A stretch of 64,000 nt of DNA, taken from the NCBI GenBank assembly GCA_002269645.1, contig NIVC01000025.1, forward strand, positions 310,001 to 374,000. The letters are read 5' to 3'. The notes under the pieces are model-generated. The model was not told where the DNA came from, did not search any database, and saw only the letters and a program-made list of their open reading frames with translations. This document shows, one piece after another, positions 12,886-24,703 of the stretch. This stretch comes from Macrostomum lignano. Taxonomy: Eukaryota. A program made the translations under genes and the position numbers. Positions within the stretch are counted from its first letter, which is position 1. Each line of letters opens with the position of its first letter.

Positions 12886-13714
12886 GGTTTGCTGTCACTG
12901 CCAATACTCCAAAGCCGATGTCAGTGGTCTCCGATACCCTCACTGAGTGCGGTCCGTCTAGCATTCCGAATTAATGTGATTTTGCCCCAGTCACCATCGG
13001 TCCAGCTTAACTCTCTGAGCCGTCTTTCCTTAAATAAAAAGCAGTTTTTTTACTTAAAAGAAAGCATCTTTCCTCACTGTTGGTTATGATTTTGTTTATT
13101 CCTGATGAATTTATTCTCCTAATCTTCACTTGCCCCTTCTTTTTAATGAACAATGGATTGCTAGCTAACATTAGTAGGACAGTACTAATCGTGATTACTC
13201 AGCCTAACAGATTAATAACTGCCCATATTCTTCTCAGCCTGTAGTTTCTGTGCCTTCCTCCATCTTCTTCTAATATACTATTCATTGTCTATTGTTGGGT
13301 TTTTCTATAAACTGCTTTTGACACAAAACTGTCAGATTGTTAAGCTGTCAGTTTAAGCACTCATGTAGATGTCATATGGATCTATATATTATTCTAGAAA
13401 TTCTTGCTGTGATTTATTTATTATTGTGTTATTTTGCTCCATTGTCTCGCTTTTGTACATTATAAATTAATTTTAGTGCACATATTAATACTGTTTAATG
13501 CACTCAGTTCCTGTCTGTGAGGCTAGCTAAAGTGCAACAAGGGAGCCTTGTTGATACTTTAATGCTACAACTAATACAATCTAGAATCATCAAGCACACT
13601 GTTGCTTTGCCCAAATGGCGAAATGGATTGTTAACATTTGGACCTTTTTTAAATCCTGCTAATGCTGAAGCATGGCAATTGACTGCCGAAGATTTAGGGT
13701 ATTTGGGATAGTAG

Positions 13715-14055
13715 GGTTAGGATTAACGATTAGGGATTAGGGATTACGGTTAGGGATTTGAGATTAGGGTTTATGGATTAGGGACTACGGGTTAGGGATT
13801 TGAGATTAGGGATTAGAGATTAAGGATTAGGGATTAAGCTTTGGGATTAGGTATAGCTTATGGACTGGGGATTATTGTGTAGGGTTTATGGATTAGGAGT
13901 TAGGGTTTACTTAGGTATTATAGTTGTGTTTAGGGATTAAGGTTTATGGATCATGGTTTAGAGATTAATGATTAGGTTGGGGATTAGAGCTTAGGTTTGA
14001 GTCTAGCAAATAGAAATTAGGATAGAGTTCATGTTAAGGTTCGGGTTAGGGTTAA
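13715..14055. repeat. Degenerate TTAGGG/TTAGGGA-like G-rich tract
   Basis: Scattered TTAGGG, ATTAGGG and TTATGG units. Confidence 0.7.
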
Positions 14056-14422
14056 GCAATGCTGGGTTAAAATCGGGTACCCGACTGTTTAGGTGAAGGT
14101 CAGATTCAGCACTCAATTCTTGGCAGTCAGTTGTCACAGTCCCCAGTAATATAACAACTGTACAGGCAGAAAATCTGCAGAATTCTTTAAATTGATAATG
14201 TATAATCTATTCCGATTGCAACATTTCCGTCATCCTACTTTTCTAGTGTAACTAATCAGTAGTATATCATAAAATATTTTGATATATGGTCAATAACATT
14301 GTTGAGGACTTTCAGCTCAGTGCTTTTCCAACTCTTTCTCAATGTAAACAATTTTTCAAGGGGTTCACCCGTTGAAAACGTTACCGTGTCAAGAATCACT
14401 AGAGTCATTGCAAACTGCTCAC

Positions 14423-14985
14423 TTGTGACTCTAGCGACTCTGGAGCGACTCTTGTGACTCTAGCGACTCTGGAGCGACTCTTGTGACTCTAGCGACTCTT
14501 GTGACTCTAGCGACTCTTGTGACTCTAGCGACTCTTGTGACTCTAGCGACTCTTGTGACTCTAGCGACTCTTGTGACTCTAGCGACTCTTGTGACTCTAG
14601 CGACTCTTGTGACTCTAGCGACTCTTGTGACTCTAGCGACTCTTGTGACTCTAGCGACTCTTGTGACTCTAGCGACTCTTGTGACTCTAGCGACTCTTGT
14701 GACTCTAGCGACTCTTGTGACTCTAGCGACTCTTGTGACTCTAGCGACTCTTGTGACTCTAGCGACTCTTGTGACTCTAGCGACTCTTGTGACTCTAGCG
14801 ACTCTTGTGACTCTAGCGACTCTTGTGACTCTAGCGACTCTTGTGACTCTAGCGACTCTTGTGACTCTAGCGACTCTGGAGCGACTCTTGTGACTCTAGC
14901 GACTCTGGAGCGACTCTTGTGACTCTAGCGACTCTGGAGCGACTCTTGTGACTCTAGCGACTCTGGAGCGACTCTTGTGACTTTT
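14423..14985. repeat. 18-bp minisatellite (GACTCTTGTGACTCTAGC)
   Basis: Perfect core array with 30-bp variants at both edges. Confidence 0.98.
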
Positions 14986-15655
14986 TAGCGACTGGTGCGA
15001 TGGAGAAGCGGTTGTTGAGTCTGGAGCGCATCACGTGAGTTATAGAATCAAAAGAGTCGTGAAAAAGTCATCCAAGAGTCGCTGTGTTAGCGCTTAACTT
15101 TCTACTAACTCAAGTAGACTAAATAGAGTTGTTATTAATGCGAAATGCGATTCTAATTCATAAAGTGCGCTTTAGACGCAACTCAGTGATTCTGCAGCGA
15201 CTCGGGCACGCCTCAGATTCGACTCTACGGCCTCAGAGTCGTTTCAGAGTCGCAGACATGGCCTGAGGTACCGTTTTCATACAGAGACCTGCTTCCGTTT
15301 GCTAGAACACTAGCTATTTACCCCATTTTAATCAATCGAAAATTTATTGTTGCACCGTGATAAGATAAGCCCGTTTGTTAAATTTTAACAAATTTGTAGC
15401 TGCTTAACCTTTTCCTAAATACATGAAAATTATTTTTGTTCTGATTGTTGCATAGACACGCCAGCCATAGCCGCTGTTTTAATAAAAAATTATTTTTTTG
15501 TTTTTGTTTGTTAACTTAGCTTTTTTCTGGTGTTTTTAATTTTTTATCACACAGTATAACAAAAGCTTTATTAGAGAAAATAAAAGTTTGGTTGAAAACT
15601 ATTCAAATAAGAACATAATTGAACTCATTTTAACAAACCAACTCAACGTCAGAAC

Positions 15656-15943
15656 TCAAATAATTGTCGCCAATCTTCCAAAGTTGGCGTTATAGATATC
15701 AATAATATCCGGCAGAAGTCCGAAGAAGGTCATTAGAATAACAAAAAACGACGCCCAAAGTGCGAGAATATTCGCTAAGCCTCCGATAACAGCCGGCAGA
15801 AGTCCGAACAGCATCAATAACAGTCCGAGAATGAGGGCCAGTCCCGCTAGAATCACCGGCAGAAGTCCGACCACGGCCATGAATACGTCGAAGACAGCCG
15901 CCAGTGCCTCGCGAAACTCTGGCACAACTGGGACATGCTCCAT
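15656..15943 (-). CDS. Unknown 95-aa hydrophobic protein with three GLLP repeats
   Basis: ATG-to-stop ORF that is GC-richer than its flanks. Internal repeats are in frame (63 and 84 nt apart). AATAAA on the minus strand about 85 nt after the stop. Confidence 0.55.
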   Translation of the reverse strand: MEHVPVVPEFREALAAVFDVFMAVVGLLPVILAGLALILGLLLMLFGLLPAVIGGLANILALWASFFVILMTFFGLLPDIIDIYNANFGRLATII

Positions 15944-16179
15944 TCAAGGCGACAAGGATTGCAGACCTTTTTATTCGAAAATTTTCGTTTATCATTCCAG
16001 TGAAACCTTAAAGGTGTCGAATTCATTTGGCTCTGAGATCCTGAGGTATTCAGTGCGATACCATAGATAGAATTAAAGGAAGTAACTCGGAAGGGATCGG
16101 AAGATTTAAACAAAAGCATTACGCAGCGCAGAACTGGATATTTCTTGTTGTCACATAGATCCCACGCTAGATGTACATA

Positions 16180-17180
16180 AGGTGAGGTTACAATCCCATC
16201 CTGAGGTTACAATCCCATTCTACGCGAGGTAACAATTTCCCATTCTACACGAGGGTAAATTCGCATCCTTCATGAGGTTAAACTCCCATCCTTACAAGTT
16301 ACAAGCCCATTCTACATGAGGTTACAATCCCATCCTACATAAGGTTACAATCCCATCCTACATGAGGTTATAATCCCATCCTACATGAGGTTACAATCCC
16401 ATCCTACATGAGGTTACAATCCCATCCTACATGAGGTTATAATCCCATCCTACATGTGGTTCCATTACCATTCTACGCGAAGTTACAATCCCATCCTACA
16501 TCAGGTTACATCCGATTCTAAATGAGGTTACAATCCAATTCTTCATGAGGTTACAATCCCATCCTACATGTGGTTCCATTACCATTCTACGCGAAGTTAC
16601 AATCCCATCCTACATCAGGTTACATCCGATTCTAAATGAGGTTACAATCCAATTCTTCATGAGGTTACAATCCCATCCTAAATGTGGTTACATTACCATT
16701 CTACCCGAGGTTACAATCCCATCCTACACAAGGTTACAATCCCGTCCTACATGAGGTTACAATTCCATCTTACACGAGGTTACAATTCCATCCTACACGA
16801 GGTTACAATCCCATCCTACGCGAAGTTACAATCCCAACCTACATAAGGTTACAATCCCATTTTAAATGAGGTTACAATCCTATTCTACATGAGGTTACAA
16901 CCCCATCCTACGCGAAGTTACAATCCCATCCTACATGAGGTTACAATGCCATTCTACATGAGGTTACAATGTAGCGGAATGGGCGCCCACGCCTTCCCGC
17001 TGTGTCCCCTCCGGGACAGCCCTGCAGCTAAGAGGTTACAATGCCATCCTGCGCGAAGTTACAATGCCATTCTACATGAGGTTACAATGCCATTCTACAT
17101 GAGGTTACAATGCCATTCTACATAACGTTACAACCCATCCTACGCGAAGTTACAATCCCATCCTACATGAGGTTACAATG
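16180..17180. repeat. 23-bp minisatellite (GAGGTTACAATCCCATCCTACAT)
   Basis: Degenerate array with a ~55-bp GC-rich interruption at about 16975-17030. Confidence 0.95.
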
Positions 17181-17654
17181 CCATTCTGCATGTGTTCTTT
17201 CTTTCTTCTCGAGATCGTTAAGCAATTTCAGTCGCTCCCATCTTTTCTTAGCCGGTTGTGTCAATGGTAAACCGGCCTCATTTTACTTTAAAAATCTGGT
17301 TAGAGAAAAAACTCTATTGTCTGTGTTTCCGATCTTAAATTTTTCTCTCAGAACTCCATATAGGCTCCATACATCGAAGACCTGCCAATTCATTTCGAAC
17401 ACATCGCATATACGCATGTACACCAAACAACAGTCAATAGTTTCCCCACCAACAAGAATATATTTTTATTCACTTTTTACAGTGCATTTTAAATGAGAAG
17501 TTTTCTCATTCTTCGCATGATTTGTACAGGTGGAACTTTTGACTGTTGCTGAGTATACGATAGTACGTACTTGATGTGCCAATCAGAAGTTACGGTGTAC
17601 AGGGGATTCTTAATTAAAGAGTGCCTTAACCTTCATAAGTGCCGATATTGGATG

Positions 17655-18986
17655 TTTTGGTGGGCGCCCCTGTCTCTTGGTGGGCGCCCCTGTCTCGTGG
17701 TGGCCGCGCCTGTCTCTTGGTGAGCGCCCCTGTCTCTTGGTGGGCGCCCCTGTCTTTTGGTGGGCGCCCCTGTCTCTTGGTGGCCGCCACTGTCTCGTGG
17801 TGGCCGCGCCTGTCTCTTGGTGAGCGCCCCTGTCTCCTGGTGGGCGCCCCTGTCTTTTGGTGGGCGCCCCTGTCTTTTGGTGGGCGCCCCTGTCTCTTGG
17901 TGGCCGCCACTGTCTCTTTGGTGGGCGTTTGTGTCTCTTGGTGGCCGCCCCTGTCTCTTGGTGAGCGCCCCTGTCTCTTGGTGGGCGCCCCTGTCTCTTG
18001 GTGGGCGCCCCTGTCTCTTGGTGGGCGCCCCTGTCTCTTGGTGGGCGCCCCTGTCTCTTGGTGGCCGCCACTGTCTCTTTGGTGGGCGTTTGTGTCTCTT
18101 GGTGGGCGGCCCTGTCTCTTGGTGGGCGCCCCTGTCTCTTGGTGGGCGCTCCTGTCTCTTGGTGGGCGCCCCTGTCTCTTGGTGGCCGCCACTGTCTCTT
18201 TGGTGGGCGTTTGTGTCTCTTGGTGGGCGGCCCTGTCTCTTGGTGGGCGGCCCTGTCTCTTGGTGGGCGCTCCTGTCTCTTGGTGGGCGCCCCTGTCTCT
18301 TGGTGGCCGCCCCTGTCTCTTGGTGGCCGCCCCTGTCTCTTGGTGGGCGCCCCTGTCTCTTGGTGGGCGCCCCTGTCTCTTGGTGGCCGCCCCTGTCTCT
18401 TGGTGGCCGCCCCTGTCTCTTGGTGGGCGCCCCTGTCTCTTGGTGGGCGCCCCTGTCTCTTGGTGGGCGCCCCTGTCTCTTGGTGGCCGCCACTGTCTCT
18501 TTGGTGGGCGTTTGTGTCTCTTGGTGGGCTGCCCTGTCTCTTGGTGGCCGCCACTGTCTCTTGGTGGCCGCCCCTGTCTCTTGGTGAGCGCCCCTGTCTC
18601 TTGGTGGGCGCCCCTGTCTCTTGGTGGGCGCCCCTGTCTCTTGGTGGGCGCCCCTGTCTCTTGGTGGCCGCCACTGTCTCTTTGGTGGGCGTTTGTGTCT
18701 CTTGGTGGCCGCCCCTGTCTCTTGATGGGCGGCCCTGTCTCTTGGTGGGCGGCCCTGTCTCTTGGTGGGCGCCCCTGTCTCTTGGTGGGCGCCCCTGTCT
18801 CTTGGTGGCCGCCACTGTCTCTTTGGTGGGCGTTTGTGTCTCTTGGTGGGCGTTTGTGTCTCTTGGTGGCCGCCCCTGTCTCTTGATGGGCGGCCCTGTC
18901 TCTTGGTGGGCGGCCCTGTCTCTTGATGGGTGCCCCTGTCCCATGGTACGCGCCCCTGTCTCTTGGTGGGCGCCCCTGTCTCTTGG
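17655..18986. repeat. 20-bp GC-rich minisatellite (TGGTGGGCGCCCCTGTCTCT)
   Basis: About 1.3 kb array with higher-order variant patterns. Confidence 0.98.
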
Positions 18987-18999
18987 CCCCCTCTGCAAA

Positions 19000-19430
19000 C
19001 GCCACAATCAGTCCGTCTGCACCCGCTACCTGTTTAGTGGCGGCAATTTTGCTGTATCTACTTGCAGATGTCGACCATGATGGCTGGCCACAGGCAGGCC
19101 CAGCTGCTCTTTGCTACCCAGTGAGTCACATTGCCCTAATGACTCGTCTATCGCCTCGTCCACGTCAAAAATATCGTCCGAGTTATCAAATAAGTGCCGC
19201 CACAACGTCCCACGGGATGATTATCAACGAGCCCAGGGAATAGTTCTCTTTTCTTCGTAAGGAGCGTTATTTTGCCGTTTTCAGCTTTGTCAATCAACGA
19301 TTCTTCAACGACGTTGAATCCAACGGTTGGTATTTTTGACCATTTGGGCCGGTTTTTGGCAAGGTTCAACAGGCTGGTGTTTCCAGTCGATGCTAAGACT
19401 GGCGACAACGAGAGATTGCAGGGGAAGTCG
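19000..19430 (-). pseudogene. Highly decayed Arf-like GTPase paralog
   Basis: Across frameshifts: SLVVASL/ASTGNTSLL (G1-like), KIPTVGFNV (G2/switch I), PWDV (G3-like) and WRHLFDNSD (Arf WRHY motif). Confidence 0.7.
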
Positions 19431-19711
19431 CGGGGTATAAAATTTAGTACTGCTAATCTAGCAGGTTGGAGTTTTAAGCACTCACAGAATTTCGCATTCC
19501 TTATAATTCAACTGCAAGCCATAACTACCGATGGCGTTCTTTTTGTCGCATTTTAAGATACGTACCGTAAAATGAAGTTTGTTTATTTATAAATAAAATT
19601 GATTAACCCTAGCGAACGATTAGATACACTATACAGTAATACGGTGTATCTGTGCAGAAGTGATCATGATTTAAATGTCGCTGGCACAAGTCTTATGCAT
19701 TGTCCCCACAA

Positions 19712-20413
19712 TTACCGCAGCATCACGGACTTCACCAGGCTGTACAAGCCGCTCCTCCAGCCGGAGCCTGCAGTCAGCTCTGCAGCTTTGCTCACTTCAC
19801 CGACCTTGTCAAGTCCCTCCTGCTCAGGCAGGCTCTCCCTCTCCAGCTCCTTCGGCAGCTCGTGCAGCGCGGAGGCGATCAGCCAGTCGATGGCTTCGGC
19901 CAGACCCGCTCCGGTAGCCGCCGAGACCTCGAAGCAGCGACAGGGCCTTCGAATCGATGCGGCCACCTTGCGCAGCTCATTGCAGGTCTCGGCTACGGCC
20001 TGGGGCTTCAGGTCGGACTTGTTGCACAGCAGCGCCAGCGGAATGTCGCCAAGTTCGCAGTCGTCCAGCTCGCTGCACAGCCTGTTGAGCTCGTCAACGG
20101 ACTCGCCAAGGCGGTCTCGTTCTACGCCGTCGACGACGTACAGCACACCGCGAGAGTTCGAGTAGTAGTGCCGGTACAGGGCTCGCGTCTTTTCCCGACC
20201 ACCTTGTCCAATGTCCCAGACGGTCAGGTTGGCCCGGCCTTCGATGCAAAGCTGCTCAACATTGAAGCCAATGGTGGGAATTGTGAACAGGAGCTCTCCG
20301 GTTTTCAGTTTGTACAGAATCGAAGTCTTGCCGGCCGCGTCTAGGCCCCAGATTAGGATGCGGAGGTCCGGGGTTCGACGACAGAGGAGCGCTGAACTGA
20401 TAGCCTGACCCAT
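19712..20413 (-). CDS. Arf/Arl-family small GTPase, copy 1 (233 aa, intronless)
   Basis: Gly2 myristoylation-type N-terminus, [42 protein letters not shown], and a ~45-aa C-terminal extension. Confidence 0.93.
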   Translation of the reverse strand: MGQAISSALLCRRTPDLRILIWGLDAAGKTSILYKLKTGELLFTIPTIGFNVEQLCIEGRANLTVWDIGQGGREKTRALYRHYYSNSRGVLYVVDGVERDRLGESVDELNRLCSELDDCELGDIPLALLCNKSDLKPQAVAETCNELRKVAASIRRPCRCFEVSAATGAGLAEAIDWLIASALHELPKELERESLPEQEGLDKVGEVSKAAELTAGSGWRSGLYSLVKSVMLR

Positions 20414-20859
20414 GTTGAAATAAGCCTTTAAAAATGCAATGAGAAGCTCTCTAAAATGTAAACTTCATTTAAATGCCGCAGCTTTGAGGTGGCGTGTGAG
20501 CTTCCAGCCTGGCAGTCGGACAAGGAAAAAGGGTTGACGGCTACAGAAGAATTGCTTTTGTTTATAGCTGGGCACGAACGTACATTGACTGTACGCGGGC
20601 CGGTCCTCTGTCTCCTCCGTACGTACGAGACTGCCACTTAGCAACGGCGCCACTTGGATGCCCTGTTTCTCTCTGCCTCTCTCTTCATCTCTTACTCTGC
20701 ATGTGTACTCTGAGTGCACTCTTTGAAAATGTTACAAGAGCTTTATCATGGCCGCGATGCGTCTGAGAATTTAGTGGAATTGGAACAACGGCCCACTAGA
20801 GCAAAGAAAGCATTACGTAGAGCTGGATATCTCTTGGTTTATCGCAAAAATCCCATCTT

Positions 20860-21660
20860 TTATGAGGTTAAACTCCCATCCTTCTTGAGGTTAAACTCTC
20901 ATCCTTCTTGAGGTTAAACTCCCATCCTTCATGAGGTTAAACTCCCATCCTTCATGAGTTTAAACTCCCATTCTTCATGAGGTTAAACTCCCATCCTTCA
21001 TGAGGTTAAACTCCCATCCTTCTTGAGGTTTAACTCCCATTCTTCATGAGGTTAAACTCCCATCCTTCTAGAGGTTAAACTCCCATCCTTCTTGAGGTTT
21101 AACTCCCATTCTTCTTGAGGTTAAACTCCCATCCTTCTTGAGGTTTAACTCCCATTCTTCATGAGGTTAAACTCCCATCCTTCATGAGGTTAAACTCCCA
21201 TCCTTCTTGAGGTTAAACTCCCATCCTTCTTGAGGTTAAACTCCCATTCTTCTTGAGGTTAAACTCCCATTCTTCATGAGGTTAAACTCCCATCCTTCAT
21301 GAGGTTAAACTCCCATCCTTCTTGAGGTTAAACTCCCATCCTTCTTGAGGTTAAACTCCCATCCTTCTTGAGGTTAAACTCCCATCCTTCTTGAGGTTAA
21401 ACTCCCATCCTTCATGAGGTTAAACTCCCATCCTTCTTGAGGTTAAACTCCCATTCTTCATGAGGTTAAACTCCCATCCTTCTTGAGGTTAAACTCCCAT
21501 CCTTCTTGAGGTTAAACTCCCATCCTTCATGAGGTTAAACTCCCATCCTTCTTGAGGTTAAACTCCCATCCTTCTTGAGGTTAAACTCCCATTCTTCATG
21601 AGGTTAAACTCCCATCCTTCTTGAGGTTAAACTCCCATCCTTCTTGAGGTTACAATCCTA
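20860..21660. repeat. 23-bp minisatellite (GAGGTTAAACTCCCATCCTTCWT)
   Basis: About 35 copies; related to the 16.2-17.2 kb array. Confidence 0.97.
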
Positions 21661-21983
21661 TTCAACATGAGGTTGATTCGACTCGTATCTGGGGCGCCCA
21701 TCATGCAAGACCCTAATCATTAGCACCCAATTAAATTAAAATATCTGCGCACCCTACTGAAAATTAGTACATATTGAGGTTTAGTTATATAGATTTCCCA
21801 AGGAGAATTCAAACACACCAGTAACATAGCTTGATTTAATCGCATTTCTTAGCATTTCAAACGAAAATCGTTATAAAAGTTATTGTATTTTACTATACAA
21901 ATCAAATGTAATGCGGTGTATCTGTGCAGAAGTGATCATGATTTAAAAGTCGCAGGCACAAGTCTCATGCACTGTCCCCACAA

Positions 21984-22679
21984 CTACCGCAGCATCACGG
22001 ACTTCACCAGGCTGTACAAGCCGCTCCTCCAGCCGGAGCCTGCTGTCAGCTCTGCAGCTTTGCTCACTTCACCGACCTTGTCAAGTCCCTCCTGCTCAGA
22101 CAGGCTCTCCCTCTCCAGCTCCTTCGGCAGCTCGTGCAGCGCGGAGGCGATCAGCCAGTCGATGGCTTCGGCCAGACCCGCTCCGGTAGCCGCCGAGACC
22201 TCGAAGCAGCGGCAGGGCCTTCGAATCGATGCGGCCACCTTGCGCAGCTCATTGCAGGTCTCGGCTACGGCCTGGGGCTTCAGGTCGGACTTGTTGCACA
22301 GCAGCGCCAGCGGAATGTCGCCAAGTTCGCAGTCGTCCAGCTCGCTGCACAGCCTGTTGAGCTCGTCAACGGACTCGCCAAGGCGGTCTCGGTCTACGCC
22401 GTCCACAATGTACAACACACCGCGAGAGTTCGGGTAGTAGTGCCGGTGCAAGGCGCGCATCTTGTCGCGACCGCCAATGTCCCAAATAGTGAGCTTTGCC
22501 CGGCCTTCCACGCTTACCAGCTCAACATTGAAGCCAATGGTGGGAATTGTGCACAGGAGCTCTCCGGTTTTCAGTCTGTACAGAACAGATGTCTTGCCGG
22601 CCGCGTCTAGGCCGCAGATTAGGATGCGGAGGTCCGGGGTTCGACGACAGATTAACGCTGAACTGACGCTCTGACCCAT
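21984..22679 (-). CDS. Arf/Arl-family small GTPase, copy 2 (231 aa, intronless)
   Basis: Same motifs as copy 1; G3 reads WDIGGRDK. Confidence 0.93.
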   Translation of the reverse strand: MGQSVSSALICRRTPDLRILICGLDAAGKTSVLYRLKTGELLCTIPTIGFNVELVSVEGRAKLTIWDIGGRDKMRALHRHYYPNSRGVLYIVDGVDRDRLGESVDELNRLCSELDDCELGDIPLALLCNKSDLKPQAVAETCNELRKVAASIRRPCRCFEVSAATGAGLAEAIDWLIASALHELPKELERESLSEQEGLDKVGEVSKAAELTAGSGWRSGLYSLVKSVMLR

Positions 22680-23260
22680 GCTGCAGAAGAATTGGGCGTC
22701 TTAGAAAGACGGAAATTTTCCATCTACTGCATATAAATGCACTGGCGGGGGTGAGGCAGTGACGTCGAAACTTCCAGCCTGGCAGTTGATTCTATTTTTA
22801 GAAATCAGCGTACGGCAAGATTGTACACTCCAATTGCAACACTCTTCCTCTCTGTGTCACAGAGACTGCTAATAATTGTTCATACCTAGGTACATGAGTG
22901 CATGCACTCGTATGCATGTCGAACTAAATCTATGCGAATGTTAAATTAGGTAAGGCTTTCTAACCTACTGGTCAAGTCACCTTAAGAGCGTAACGAAGAG
23001 TCTGACTTTGCCATTTAAGGCACTTTTTGCTGCAATTTTATTGCAAATGTCTTGCCGTCACCGTTTTTCAACAATGCCTCATTTTTCATTTCTCTTTTAG
23101 GCTTTTAGACTAAAAATGCGTCGGATATCTTAACCTTGGATCATGAAGACCTTACGTGATTAAGGTTACTAACTGTTGCATCACTGAAATACTTGGCCTA
23201 CGGAGTAACGGCAGGGTGTACAGGATAAAAGTACTACTTTTAGTACTAATGTTGTACTAC

Positions 23261-23602
23261 TGCATTCAGCTTGATTGGCTGCGGCAAGCAAGCTCGAAAG
23301 AGCTCGCTTCGCTCGCTCTTTCTCGCTATCTACCATCTATTGCCAGGACCTGCACCGGAGCGGTTACGAAAATTAGATTTCTCGGTAGTTGCTCGCACTC
23401 TTTTGCACTACTTGAGTAGTCTGATTTTCGTTCGGCAGCTGGTTCCAGCAGGTAGTTCCTCTGGATAAAAGCGCTTACCGCGCCCATTGGCTTTCCAGCT
23501 GCCTTAATCGTTTCCGGTGATCTTGTGTGCGTGCATTCAGCTTGATTGGCTGCGGCAAGCAAGCTCGAAAGAGCTCGCTTCGCTCGCTCTTTCTCGCTAT
23601 CT

Positions 23603-23604
<2 letters not shown>
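23261..23604. repeat. 73-bp perfect direct repeat (23261..23333 and 23532..23604)
   Basis: TGCATTCAGCTTGATTGG...CTCGCTATCTAC occurs twice, 271 bp apart; the second copy runs into (CTAA)n. Confidence 0.9.
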
Positions 23605-24288
<684 letters not shown>

Positions 24289-24703
24289 CACCTCCTCGAT
24301 CGCAAAGTGAAGATCTCAGAGGCCAGAGAATCGTCGGGACCAACTCTGCATTGAAGTCAAGTCTCACGAACTGCAAAACAGGCAAGAAATTCACTTGCTC
24401 TTTCTTTTATGGGTCTGTCGCATACGATAGTGGAGACGCGCATTAGAAATTTTTTACTTCAAATGTTCGTTGGAAGTTTTGCAACAAAAAAAATCCAAAC
24501 TATTTTGAAAGTGTAAACTTACACACGTAAAAACGTTTTTATTATCTAAAATTTAAAACTTCAATCGATTAAAAGTGAGCCGCAAGCCACTCTCACTCAA
24601 AGCATAGACTTAAGCAGACTGTATCCTCAGGCAAGCATTATTCAGGCACTCCGAATCCAGTCTCCAAGTCCCAAAACGTTAATCCATTATTAACTCCGAT
24701 ACC

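Noticed and set aside
17610-19080. Long ORFs of 276-465 aa in several frames on both strands
   Set aside because: They are translations of a stop-free 20-bp minisatellite, open in many frames, with no protein-like complexity.
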